Translations under genes and position numbers: made by a program | The notes under the pieces: model-generated | What the model was told of the DNA's origin: nothing | What the model saw: the letters and a program-made list of their open reading frames with translations, nothing else | The model's database searches: none | NCBI RefSeq assembly: GCF_004010195.1 | Contig: NW_025215348.1 | Coordinates: 1-45,645, forward strand | Source: Chiloscyllium plagiosum | Lineage: Eukaryota | Reading direction: 5' to 3' | Length of the DNA: 45,645 bases | Part shown: positions 34,735 to 45,645 of the stretch, one piece after another | How the letters are laid out: each line of letters opens with the position of its first letter | Position numbering within the stretch: the stretch's first letter is position 1

Positions 34735-35425
34735 CAGAACACAGAGACCTTGGGGTTCAGGGACATAATTCTTTGAAGTTTGCATCACATATAGATAGGG
34801 TGGTTAAGAAAGTGTTTAGCATGCTTGCCTTCATTTCTCAGACCTTTGAGTGTAGGAGTTGAGTTGTCATGTTGAGGTTGGACAGGAGATTGGTGAGGCC
34901 TCTCTGGCGTAAGGTATCCAGTTCTGGTCACCCTGTTATCGGTAAGGATATTTTTAAGCTGGAGAGAGCTCAGAAGTGATTTACCAAGACGTTGCCAGGA
35001 ATAGAGGGTTTCAGTTATAAAGAGAGGCTGGATGGGCTGGAACTTTATAGGAAGCTGAAGGGTGACCTTAGAGAAGTTTGCAAAACGATGAGGGGTTTAG
35101 ACAAGGTGAATAGCGGGTGGGGCTTTCAAGATGAGGGGACATATTTTTAAGGTGAGAGGAGAAAGATTTTAAAAAGACACGAGGGCACTTTTTTTTTTAC
35201 CCAGAGAGTGGTTCGTGTGTGGAGTGAACTTTCAAAGGAAGTGGTGGATGTGAGTCCAGTTGGAACGATGAAAAGACATTTAGATAAGTACATGAATAAG
35301 AAAGATTTGGAGGGATATCGGGGCAAAAACATAAGCAGGTGGGAGTTAATTAGTTTAGGATTATGGTCACCATAAACTGGTTGGACCAAAGGGTCTGTTT
35401 CCATGCTGTATGACTCTATGACTCT
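34735..35425 (+). mobile_element. CR1 (HER1-like) 3' portion
   Basis: QRDLGVQGHNSLKFASHIDRVVKK...[13 protein letters not shown]; tail (ATGACTCT)n. Confidence 0.92.
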
Positions 35426-35514
35426 AAATATTGATTGCACTTATATTGTCACTGTCCTCACTTCAGTACAGTATTTCACAAGCATTCAGTCCACTATAGG
35501 ATACAAACTTCCGT

Positions 35515-36020
35515 TGAACACAGAACATAGAATATAGAACATAGAATATGGAACAGTACAGCACAGTACAGGCCCTTTGATGTTATGCCAGCATTTTATC
35601 CTACTTGGCACGGTGGCACAGTGGTTAGCACTGCTGCCTCGCAGCGCCAGAGACCCGGGTTCAATTCCCGCCTCAGGCGACTGACTGTGTGGAGTTTGCA
35701 CGTTCTCCCCGTGTCTGCGTGGGTTTCCTCCGGGTGCTCCGGTTTCCTCCCACACTCCAAAGATGTGCAAGGTCAGGTGAATTGGCCATGCTAAATTGCC
35801 CGTAGTGTTAGGTAAAGGGGTAAATGTAGGGGTATGGGTGGGTTACGCTTCGGCGGGTCGGTGTGGACTTGTTGGGCCGAAGGGCCTGTTTCCACACTGT
35901 AAGTAATCTAATCTAAAGATCAAACCAACCGACACACCCTTCATTGTACTATCATCCATGTGGCTATACAAGAGTCGCTTAACTGTCCTGAATGTACCTG
36001 ACCCTACTACAACTGCTGAT
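35515..36020 (-). mobile_element. CR1 3' tail (TAGAACA subfamily) interrupted by an HE1 SINE
   Basis: Homologous to 27265-27440 on both sides of the SINE. Confidence 0.8.
35607..35915 (+). mobile_element. HE1-like V-SINE, young and near full length
   Basis: A box TGGCACAGTGGTTAGC, B box GGGTTCAATTCCC, V-domain, tail ...CACACTGTAAGTAATCTAATCT. CpGs intact. Confidence 0.96.
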
Positions 36021-36349
36021 GTTTCTCCTCACCACAAAATGGGCAATGAAATTATTGCATAAATGTGTAAGAACAGAAACACATCCAATTCTCACTTAGT
36101 CAGATGATACAACGCCTGGGAGGAAAGGGATGGAGAAATGCAGTGAACAAACAGGTTCACGGGTTAGACCTGTTGAAAAGACTGGGCTCAAGGAGCTAAT
36201 GCTTCCTCCGCTTCCTAAACATTGTGTTCTTTTGAAGAGGCTCCATTAATGTCAGACAATGTCCCAAAGTGCTTCACCAAGAGAGTTATCAAATGGCACA
36301 ACCTTCAACAGCAATACGGGTGACCAGGGCTTGGGGTAAAGACTTAGAG

Positions 36350-36535
36350 AAGCCGATGTTGGACTGGGGGTGGATAAAGTTACAAATCACACAACACCAG
36401 GTTATAGTCCAACAGGTTTAATTGGAAACACACCAGCTTGTGGAGCGCTGCTCCTTCATCAGGGGGTTGTTGGACTGTTGGACTCTACCTGTTGGACTAT
36501 AACCTGGTGTTGTGTGTGACTTTTTAACTTTGGGT
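36350..36535. mobile_element. PLE family 2 inverted-repeat insertion
   Basis: CACACAACACCAGGTTATAGTCCAACAGGT / ACCTGTTGGACTATAACCTGGTGTTGTGTG. Confidence 0.8.
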
Positions 36536-36654
36536 TTTTGAGGAGTGTGTTAAGGAGATCGTGAGGTGAAGGCCCAATCAAGAGGCCAGAACTGCAGGAG
36601 AAAAAACCCATACCACCGAGACTTGTAGGCAGAGTGGAGAGTCCAAGGACAGGA

Positions 36655-36968
36655 TGGCACGGTGGCTCAGTGGTTAGCACTGCTGCCTCACAGCGCCAAG
36701 GACCTGGGTTTGATTCCACCCTCAGGTGACTATCTGTGTGGAGTTTGTACATTCTTCCCGTTTCTATGGGGCTTTCCTCCCACAGTCCTAAGATGTGCAG
36801 GTTATGTGGATTAGCCATGTTAAATTGCCCATAGTGTGCAGGTTTGGTGGGTTAGCCATGTTAAATGCAAGGTTATAGGGTAGAGAGGTGAGTCTGGGTG
36901 GGATACCCTACGTAGGGTCGGTGTGGATTCAATGAACCAAATGGCTTCCACACTGTGGGGATTCTATG
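36655..36968 (+). mobile_element. HE1-like V-SINE
   Basis: A/B boxes and V-domain; internal short duplication of TTAGCCATGTTAAAT. Confidence 0.9.
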
Positions 36969-38460
36969 ACAGGAGAGAGACAAGACCATGTAAGGAATTG
37001 GAAATAAGGATGAGAATCTCAAAAAATAGCCTAACTTGGAGCCAATGTGGATCAGTAAGTGCATTAGAGTAAGGAGCAGTCAGTGATAAGAAAAGTCATC
37101 TGGTCCAAAAGGTTTGTTCATTTACTTACAGCAACTAAACAGGATATCAGCTCCCAAGAAGCGTCATTGTTACCATACCACTCTGTCCTTGAACCCTCTA
37201 CTCCACCGACAAGTCTCAGGGGTACGTGTGCTTTGCTCCTGCAGTTCTGACCTCTTGATTGGTCCAAAATTGTGGTGACAAAGCCCTAACCCTCTCCACA
37301 GATGCTGTGATACGCTTTCTGTTTGATTTCAGATTTCCAGCATCCACACTCTTTCAATCACGTGGCAACATCTGATAGGGCTACTTTTCTGGGAGTAATG
37401 ATGAGGCTTTTCAGGTTTGTGCTTCAAGTGTGTTATGAAACATAATCTGTGTTCCACTAGTGCTTACACTCAACATTCTATCTGTTTATTTTAATTTATT
37501 CAACTCTGATGGTCTTTTTTCTAATTTCTGCGATTTTAAAATTTGATTTGATGGGGCTGAAATTCTGTTTTTTATTTGACTGACTTCGAGGGGTCAGAGT
37601 TGTAAAGCCAATGGGGACACTGCTCGAAGCAGATACTGGGGCAGTGAAGGTTGAACTGGAAGACTGTACCATGAGTGCCCGATTGGCAGGGTACTACACG
37701 GACCCTGCCCAGAACAAAGAACCAATCCAACTGAGTAGCTCTATCAAAGGTTTCTGCTGCATCCTCAACATACCGCTGCTCAGAGGGGTTTAGCACATTG
37801 GAAGGTTGGAATTGCTAACTCAATGATCCAATAACTCTGAGTCCAGCCACATGACGTACCAGCTTGCTGGCTTAAACCTAATATCTAACCTCCACTCCAA
37901 ACCTTTCGCCTGGTCTGTTGGTTTAAATGATGGAAAAGGGGGGATTACAGGGTAATGGTCTGGATAGGTAGTAGGTGGGAAGTGTAGATGGAGTCAATAG
38001 ATGGGAGGCTGGTTTGTGTGATGGGCCGGGCTATGTTCTCAACTCTCTGTAATTTCTTTCAGTCTTGGGCATAGCACTTGCTAGACCAAGCTATGATGCA
38101 TCCGGATTGCTAAAGATTGGTAAGAGTCATGTGGAGGTGAGGGATTTCCTTCGGCTTCTGAGGAATTAGAGGCATTGGTGTGCTTTCTTGACCGTAACAT
38201 CAACGTGGATGGACCAGGATGGATCATTAATGATAGTTATTCCGAGGAACCTGAAGCTCTTGACCCCCTCCACCTCAGCACCATTTCTACAGACAGAGGC
38301 GTGTACCCCACCCTGCTTCCTTTGTATTGGAGACATTGAGGGAGAGATTGTTGTCTTTACACCATGCTGCTTAGCTCTCTATCTCTTTCCTGTATTCTGT
38401 CTCATCTTTGTTTGAGATCCGACCCACCACGGTGATGTCATTAGCAAATTTGTAAATGGA

Positions 38461-38967
38461 ACAAAAACGGAAGTTGCTTGGAAAAGCTCAGCAGGTCTGG
38501 CAACATCTGCGAAGAGAAATCAAAGTTAACATTTCGAGTCCTGCCTCAGAGGAAGTTCTGAGGACCCGAAACATTAACTTTGATTTCTCTTCACGGATGT
38601 TGCCAGACCTGCTGAGCTTTTCCAAGCAACTTCTGTTTTTGATTTACAACAGGGTGGCACAGTAGTTCAGTGGTCAGCACTACTGCCTCTCAGTGCCAGG
38701 GACCTGGGTTCAATTCCAGCCTCGGGCAACCGTCTGTGTGGAGTTTGCACATTCTCCCCATCTCTGTGTGGGTTTCCTCCCACGGTCTAGAGATGTGCAG
38801 GTCAGGTGAATTGGCCATGCTAAATTGCCCATAGTGTTAGGCACATTAGTCAGGGGTGAATGTAGGGGAATGGGTCTGGGTGGGTTGCTCTTCGGAGGGT
38901 TGGTGTGCACTTGTTGGACCGAAGGGCCTGTTTTCCCACTGTAGGGAATCTAATTCTTTCGGTTTTT
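38461..38967. mobile_element. Penelope-type inverted-repeat insertion with an HE1 SINE in its tail
   Basis: Near-perfect inverted arms of about 80 bp within 38461-38641. TSD ATTTGTAAATGGA (38448) / ATTTGTAAATAGA (38968). Confidence 0.85.
38650..38953 (+). mobile_element. HE1-like V-SINE
   Basis: A/B boxes, V-domain and tail. Confidence 0.92.
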
Positions 38968-40741
38968 ATTTGTAAATAGAGTGAGAGCGGAATTTGGCCA
39001 CACATCCATCAGTATATACGGAGTATAGTAAGGGACTGATTACACAACCATGCAGAGCACCAGTGTTGGGGATTATCGTGGAGGAGGTGTTGTCACCTGT
39101 CCTTACTGACCGCAGTCCTCAGGTCAGGGAGTTGAGAATCTAGTTGCCGAGCATGGAGCAGTGTCCTAGGTCTCAGAGTTGGAGATGAGTTGGGCTAGAA
39201 TTATGGTGTTGGAGGCAGAGCTGAAGTCAATTAATAGGAGCCTGACTTGGGTGTTCTTGTTACCCAGATGTTCCAAGGATGAGTGTAGGGCCAGGGAGTT
39301 GGCATCTGCCATGAACCGATATTGCAGTGGATCCAAGGCAGTCTGGGAGGTTGGAGTTGATGTGAGCCATTACTAACCTCTCATAAAGATGGATGTCAGA
39401 GTCAATGGGTGGTCGTCATTAAGGCACGCTGCCTGATTTTTCTTTGGCATGGGGATAGTAATGGTCTTCTGGAATCAGGTGGGAACCTCACATCAGAGTA
39501 AGGAGACATTAAATGCTCCCGCTAGCTGGTCCCTATAGGATCTGTGCACATGACCAGGGACTCCATCTGGGCCAGTCGCTTTCTGTAGGTTTACCCTCAG
39601 GAAGGCCGATCTGATGTCAGTGACAGTGACTGAGAGTACAGGTGCACCCGAGGCTGATGGGATAGGTGGTATCATTTCACTGACCTTCTGTTCGGAGTGA
39701 GCGTATGAAGACATTGGGGAAGGGATACATGTTGTCAGCGATTCTGCCTGGCTTTGCTTTGTAGTCCGTTTTATAGTATGAGCCTTGTATCTGTGTGTAC
39801 GTTAAAAAGGTGTTTTAACAAGCAACAGCCTCCCTTAATTGGCAACTCACCGCTGCCTGGAGAGAATCTCGCCTCACCGCTCATCAATAGCAGAAAATAA
39901 TGGAGTGAGCACAACTTGATGTCGAGATCAGTGTCCCTTGATTCTGCCACACGCCTCACCCAATTCACACAAGCCCCGAGGAGATTCCATTCCACGTGTT
40001 TAACTGTGACCGTGAAAGACAAATTCGGACAGGCTTTCTTCAGTTTTAACAAAGAGGATGCAGTGAAATCCGGATGAGTGGATTCCCAGAGGAAATGCTC
40101 ACAAATTCATGGTAAGAACAGTCTTGACATCCCAATGAAACTCAATTCACCAACAAACCAAAGGGCATTACAGTAACTATGTGAAAAAATGTCTTTCTTT
40201 AATTTGTTCACGCCTCACAATAGCCTGACATTGAAAAGAGCACTGAAAAACACCAGGAATTAATTCCAGAAAAAACTCAGTGTGACGCACGATACACTTA
40301 ATGGGTTTGCCTCATCTGTATCGGCAGCATGGACTCTCAGAGTATCAGAGGCTTCAATCCATTGGATTTGCAATTTTGATAAACTGGGTTTTTGTGTCTT
40401 GTGAGATTGACTCATCAAGGTTTCACTGCAGCCTTTACTGTATTTAACCTGGATTATGGGAAATGACAAATGCACACACTTGAAGTTCACACGCACACAA
40501 ATAAATTGCAATATGGGAAAGGATAGTGGAAGCAAGCTGTGTCCGGTGAAATTAAAGGGGTGCACAATTTGTGTAGACAGCTGATAATGTGCATCGGTTC
40601 AGGGGGAGTTCAGGGTACGAGACACAGACAGAATGCAGTAACTTTCTGCAATGAAACCGCAACACAGGAGAAGATTAAATGACAGCTGTTGTTTCTACAG
40701 TCACAATAGAGCGTTTTCCTCAAGAAAAGTTAGTGTCACCT

Positions 40742-40925
40742 CAGTCTTGCCAGACCATAGGGCGACTCTTTCATTAGAGAGAGTGATGATTAATGATGGT
40801 TTAACCTGAAGGTCCCCACACTTCAGGTGAGGGGAGAGGTTGAGCAGAGTCCTTCATGGTAACCTCAGACAGGAACTCAACCTACCGCCGACATTACAAA
40901 TCTGATGTCCAGCCAACTGAGCTAT
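40742..40925 (-). mobile_element. SINE family C
   Basis: CCAGACCATAGGGC...GGTTTAACCTGAAGGTC...GGGGAGAGGTTGAG...CCTTCATGGTAACCTCAG...CCAGCCAACTGAGCTA. Confidence 0.75.
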
Positions 40926-41109
40926 CCAAGCCCCTGAAAGCATTGCGAGAGCTCTGACTGAGAAAAGAAGGGTCTCCCCCAAAGGAAGAGACGCTGAATG
41001 CTCACCTTGCCCTCGCAGTCCTTGCTGGACACAGAGGCTGGACTGGTATCTCTGGCTCCACAGTAGTGGCAGGAACTGGGCTGGTGGCCAGCTGGGAGTT
41101 ACACCATAA

Positions 41110-41553
41110 CCTCACATGCATTTCTTACAACACCTTTCACGACCTCAGGATGCTCGAAGGAGCTGGGTAACCTGTTTGAAGAAACGGAATTGAGCACAGT
41201 GGAACTGAGCTGGGTCCCCATCGTTGTGTGACCTCTTTTTTTTCATGGTAGCCACTAAACAGAGAACTTGCAATGCAATCAACTTTTAAAGAGTAATTGC
41301 TGGGGAACGCAGGAGCACAAGTCAGTAACTTGCAAACTCAACCAGATAATCCGATTTTGTGAAGTTTATTGAGGGACAAATAGGCCCCTGGGCAGAACAA
41401 GTTTGCTTGTCCTCTTGGTATTGTGGAGGGTTGTTTGTATCCACCTCAGTAGACAGACAGGACCTTGGGTAATCTGAAAGATATTACCTCTGCCAATGCA
41501 GCCCACCTTCAACCCTGGACCAGAGTGTCAGCCTACAATTTGGTGCTCAAGTC
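41110..41553 (-). mobile_element. Deu-domain SINE (SacSINE1/AmnSINE1-like), old
   Basis: Reverse Deu-domain hallmarks GAGTGTCAGCC and TTGAGGGACAAATA; L2-like tail CACCTTTCACGACCTCAGGATG. Confidence 0.6.
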
Positions 41554-41830
41554 ATAGAGTCATAGAGATGTACAATATGGAAACAGACCCTTCGGTCCAA
41601 CCCGTCCATGCCGACCAGATATCCCAACCCAATCTAGTCCCACCTGCCAGCACCCGGCCCATATCCCTCCAAACCCTTCCTATTCATNNNNNNNNNNNNN
41701 NCTCTATAAGGTCACCCCTCAGCCTCCGACGCTCCAGGGAAAACAGCCCCAGCCTGTTCAGCCTCTCCCTATAGCTCAAATCCTCCAACCCTGGCAAAAT
41801 CCTTGTAAATGCTTTCTGAACCCTTTCAAA
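41551..41830 (-). mobile_element. CR1 (HER1-like) 3' end containing a 14-N gap (41688-41701)
   Basis: [42 protein letters not shown] plus tail. Confidence 0.93.
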
Positions 41831-41989
41831 TCCTGGAGTAGGTCGTGAATTCAAAGGTTGAGAGAGGTACCAGTTGACCATAGTTGACAAGTGAAGCCAA
41901 GCTGACTATGTGCAATGATTTGGTCTATTCCCATTTAAAACACAGACTAAACTGAACCAATTTAGTGTCCAGTGATGTCACTGGTCATG

Positions 41990-42292
41990 CAAAAAGTGAG
42001 GACTGCAGATGCTGGAGATCAGAGTTGAGAGTGTGTTGCTGGAAAAGCGCAGCAGGTCAGGCAGCATCCAAGGAGCAGGAGAATCAATGTTTTGGGCAAA
42101 AGCCCTTCATCAGGAATGAAGTGGTCACTGGTGGTGCACTTCAGTGCTTCTCATAACCAGCCTTAATGAAGAAGGGCTTATGCCCGAAACGTCGATTTTC
42201 CTGCTCCTTGGATGCTGCCTGACCTGCTGCGCTTTTCCAGCAACACATTTTTAAGCTCTGATCCCCAGCATCTGCAGTCCTCGCTTTCTCCT
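41990..42292. mobile_element. Inverted pair of Penelope family 1 pseudo-LTRs
   Basis: Arms of about 125 bp in opposite orientation around a ~45-bp spacer; each carries a mutated hammerhead core. Confidence 0.88.
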
Positions 42293-43149
42293 ACCGGCAC
42301 CAGGTCAGAGCTTTGGATCTGGGCTAGAGTCAGACTGAACGTACACTTGAAACGTCGGAAACCAGCTTTGGTAGAACATCATGATCACTCACACTCTGCC
42401 TCTCCAGCCCGTGAGGGCTGCAGACATAGAAAAACACCCAATGGCATTACCTCAGTGGGAGAAGCTGTGAGACGTACAAGCTGGGTTCACGTGTAAGGCG
42501 AATTACCTACGCGTAGCCATGGTGACGCAAAATTGTGATAATATGGGAATCACAACCGTTCATCGCCAACAAATGATCCATCCTGGAGAAAAGGCACATT
42601 CTTTCTAATATATACAGAATTGAAAAGTTTTCTCTTGAATTTAGTTCAATGTGAAGTCACCACCTATTACTCTTTGTTCCCTTGCTGGGCAGAGGGCAGA
42701 GACCTACAGGATCGTAATACGGCATTTCCTGTAACTGATGGTCTGCTGCAGATAGATTTAGATTGAACGTGCTCCCAGTGCTTCAATGACATTGTAATGT
42801 CACCAGTCATAGTTCTGGAGTTTAACCCTGACCTCTAAGGAGCTATTCTGGCATGCTCGGTGATGGGATTTAGAGCCAGCAAACCCTGGAAAGCATTTCT
42901 GAACTGAGAAAGATCGCCACTACCGCAAACGTGAGGTGTGACCCAGAAGGATCAGGAGTTTGCCTGCAGATCCATCAGTAGTTGTTACTATTGTAGATTC
43001 CAGCCCAGAACTGACAAAGGACTTACAGCTAGAATGCCTTTCCACACACACTTGCTTCTGAAAGACTGTCAATGTAGGATTGACCTGGAGGTCAATGAGT
43101 ACTAAGTGACGACCATGACTAATCCCAAGTGAAAACTCAGATGGACATT

Positions 43150-43438
43150 GAGGCAAAATCAAAATGCTGCAGCTTCTAGGAATCTGAAAGTCAGGTCAGA
43201 CAGTGTTCGTACAGAGAGAAACGGAATTAACATTTCGAGAAATGAAGGGTGCGCGATAGACCCGTAACAAACCAAACCCAGAAATTGTTGGAGAAACTCA
43301 GCAGGTCTGGCAGCATCTGTGGAGAAACGCAGAGTTCATGTTTTGAGCCCATTGACCCTTCTTCAGAACTGAACTGAAATTAAATGGATTCGAAATGTTA
43401 ACTAGTGTTTGGCTCTGCAGATGCTGCCTGACCTGCTA
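43150..43438. mobile_element. Degraded Penelope pseudo-LTR fragments and hairpin
   Basis: GGAGAAACTCAGCAGGTCTGGCAGCATCTG...CCCTTCTTCAGAACT...CAGATGCTGCCTGACCTGCT. Confidence 0.7.
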
Positions 43439-43439
43439 A

Positions 43440-43950
43440 GTAGGAAGGATACTGCGAAATGTGAAAGGGTTCAGAACAGATTTACAAGGATGTTGCCAGG
43501 GTTGGAGGGTTTGAGGTATAGGGAGAGGCTGGATGGGCTGGGGCTGTTTTCCCTGGAGTGTCAGCGGCTGAGGGGTGTCTTTATAGATGGTTATAAAATC
43601 ATGAGGGGCATGGATAGGATAAATAGCCAAGGTCTTTTCCCCAGGGTAGTGGAGTCCAAAACTAGAGGGCATAGCTTTAAGGTGGGAAGAGAAAGATTTC
43701 AAAGGGACCTAAGGGACAACTTTTTCACACAGAGGGTGGTGCGTGTATGGAATGAGCTGCCAGAGGAAGTGGTGGAGGCTGGTACAATTGCAACATTTAA
43801 AAGGCATCTGGATGGGTATATGAATAGGAAGGGTTCAAAGTGATATGGGCCAAATGCTGGCAAATGGGACTAGATTAGTTTAGGATATCTGGTCGGCATG
43901 GACGAGTTGGACTGAAGGGTCTGTTTCTGTGCTGTACGTCTCTATGACTC
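43440..43950 (+). mobile_element. CR1 (HER1-like) 3' end
   Basis: ORF 43409..43843: ERVQNRFTRMLPG...[21 protein letters not shown]; tail CTCTATGACTCT. Confidence 0.95.
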
Positions 43951-44635
43951 TGTTAGAACAGACTGAGTTGGTTTTATTTAAACACTTAAGGGGGAAATTT
44001 CCCATGTTTGGCCGAGTGTTAAGTTCAGGAGAATCTGATGCAAGTTTTCCCTCAGGGAGCTCTGGGGACTATATTCCTGCGGTTGTCCACTGCTCGCTGC
44101 GTGTATTAAGGTTCAGGCTAGCGTGCAGCGGTGGCAGAGTGCTCTCTGGTGATGGGCATTGTGGGATCTCTATGCCCTGGGGTGGCTGTGTGTAAACACC
44201 AAGATGCACACCATCTCAAAGACTGCAAGCCCAGAACTGCCCTTAATGTGTTGCTGTGCAACTCCCGATGAGAGAGGCACATTGGTACCAGCGCTACAGA
44301 AACATGGAGGTCCTCACAGAGAGAAGGAAAGATAGGGGAGACCATTGCAGGAGATGCTGTTGGCCTGGACTATAGGAGCAGAGCATATTGACTGTTGGAG
44401 AATACAATGAGACCCTGATTCTGCGTGCTCTCTCACACTCGCTCTAGCTCCACCATCGCACCCACCTCTCACCAAGGCCAGTGGCCTGCCCCTCTCAATA
44501 TTGCCTGCAGCACCATCACTCTCTCTCACCCCATTCCCCTCAGATGCCTGATAAAGGCAAAATACTGCAGATGCTGGAAATCTGAAACGAGCTCAGAGAA
44601 TGCTGGAGAAACTCAGCAGCTCATTCCTAGAAATG

Positions 44636-45280
44636 TTTTGGATGTGACTATCAGAGGCATGGTTAGTAAGTTTACAGACAGCACCAAAATAGGTGAGTTG
44701 GCAGACAGTGATTACCAGATTCCCTACAGTGTGGAAACAGGCCCTTCGGCCCAACCAGTCCACACCGACCCTCTGATGAGTAACCCACCCAGACCCATTC
44801 CCCTCTGACTAATATACCTAACACTACGGGCAATTTAGCATGGCCAATTCACCTGACCTGCACATCTTTGGCCCGAGGCGGGAATTGAACCCGGGTCGCT
44901 GGCGCTGTGAGGCAGCAGAGTGAAGAACTTTCAGAGTACAATGAGACCTTGATCAGATGGGCCATGGATTGGGGAATGGGTCTGGTGGGTTGCTCTTTAA
45001 CTAAGGGAGGAAATGACCTAGTGAACTGTTAATTCTGAGAGGGGGAAGATTTAAAAGAGACCTAAGGGGCAACGTTTTCACATAGAGGGTGGTACATGTA
45101 TGGAATGAGCTGCCAGAGGACGTGGTGGAGGCTGGTACAATTGCAAACATTTGTAAGGCACCTGGTTGGGTGTATGAACAGGGAGGGTCCAGAGGGATAG
45201 GGGCCAAATGCTGACAAGTGGGACTAGGTCACATTGGGATGTCTGAAGGGTGCAGACCAGTTGGATATCACTCTATGACT
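44636..45280 (+). mobile_element. CR1 fragments interrupted by a reversed HE1 (44712-44918) and a forward HE1 piece (about 44968-44997)
   Basis: GMVSKFTDSTKIG; RDLDQMG; RDLRGNVFT..VVHVWNELPEDVVEAG; tail. Confidence 0.85.
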
Positions 45281-45477
45281 CTGTGTAAGGCAGCACTTTG
45301 TGCGGGGAAATACAGAGTGAACCTTTCCAGTCTGATATGATTGATCTTCAGACCGTTCTAACAGAACATTGACTCTGTTTCTCTCACCACAGATGGTGCC
45401 AGACCAGCTGAGCTCGTCCAGCTCTCTCTGGGCTTGTTTTCCCTCATGCTACTAATCTTGCCTGCTCTCTACACTTC

Positions 45478-45645
45478 CTCCTCACTCACTCACTCACTCA
45501 CTCTCTCATACACTCACTCACTCACTCACCAACTCACACACCCACTCACTCACTCATACACTCACCAACTCACTCACTCACTCATACACTCACTCATACA
45601 CCCACTCACTCACCAACTCACACACCCACTCACTCACTCATACAC
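45478..45645. repeat. Imperfect (CACT)n microsatellite (runs off the window end)
   Basis: CACTCACTCACT with CATA and CCAA variants. Confidence 0.97.

Larger units (their letters stand above)
37935..39765 (-). mobile_element. Rex1/Babar-like LINE, RT region to 3' part, with nested inserts
   Basis: VRVNLQKATGPDGVPG-type motif (ORF 39493..39714); [47 protein letters not shown]-like motif. Confidence 0.88.

Noticed and set aside
35607..35680. tRNA genes
   Set aside because: The A/B boxes belong to SINE heads that continue into the V-domain and LINE-like tail.
37572..37796. Short overlapping ORFs on both strands
   Set aside because: I recognise no homology and see no convincing splice sites.
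41000..41095. Possible minus-strand exon ending at a good donor (AAG|GTGAGC)
   Set aside because: The acceptor is weak, no frame gives a recognisable peptide, and there are no partner exons. It would need RNA-seq support.

Overview
This is vertebrate, repeat-dense, non-coding (intergenic or intronic) DNA, most likely from a shark or ray. The species inference rests on about 11 tRNA-derived V-SINE copies that look like the elasmobranch HE1 SINE, their CR1 (HER1-like) partner LINEs, and a Deu-domain SINE. I found no credible host protein-coding exon. Every recognisable ORF in the track is a decayed retrotransposon fragment (CR1, Rex1/Babar, RTE, Tx1, Penelope) or an artefact of tandem repeats or the N-gap. 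The most interesting structures are four. (1) At least three Penelope (PLE) families carry minimal hammerhead-ribozyme cores with covarying stem II. Many sit in short inverted-repeat insertions with clear target-site duplications (TSDs). (2) A candidate non-autonomous retroposon family has an AAGATGGC head, a pyrimidine tract and a stem-loop tail; one member contains a 1.45-kb 30-bp VNTR, an SVA-like architecture. (3) Two further minisatellites (34 bp and 49 bp) appear to have been seeded from CR1 and Penelope sequence. (4) Several insertions are nested. Family names come from pattern recognition, not database searches, and most boundaries are approximate (roughly +/-20-30 bp).
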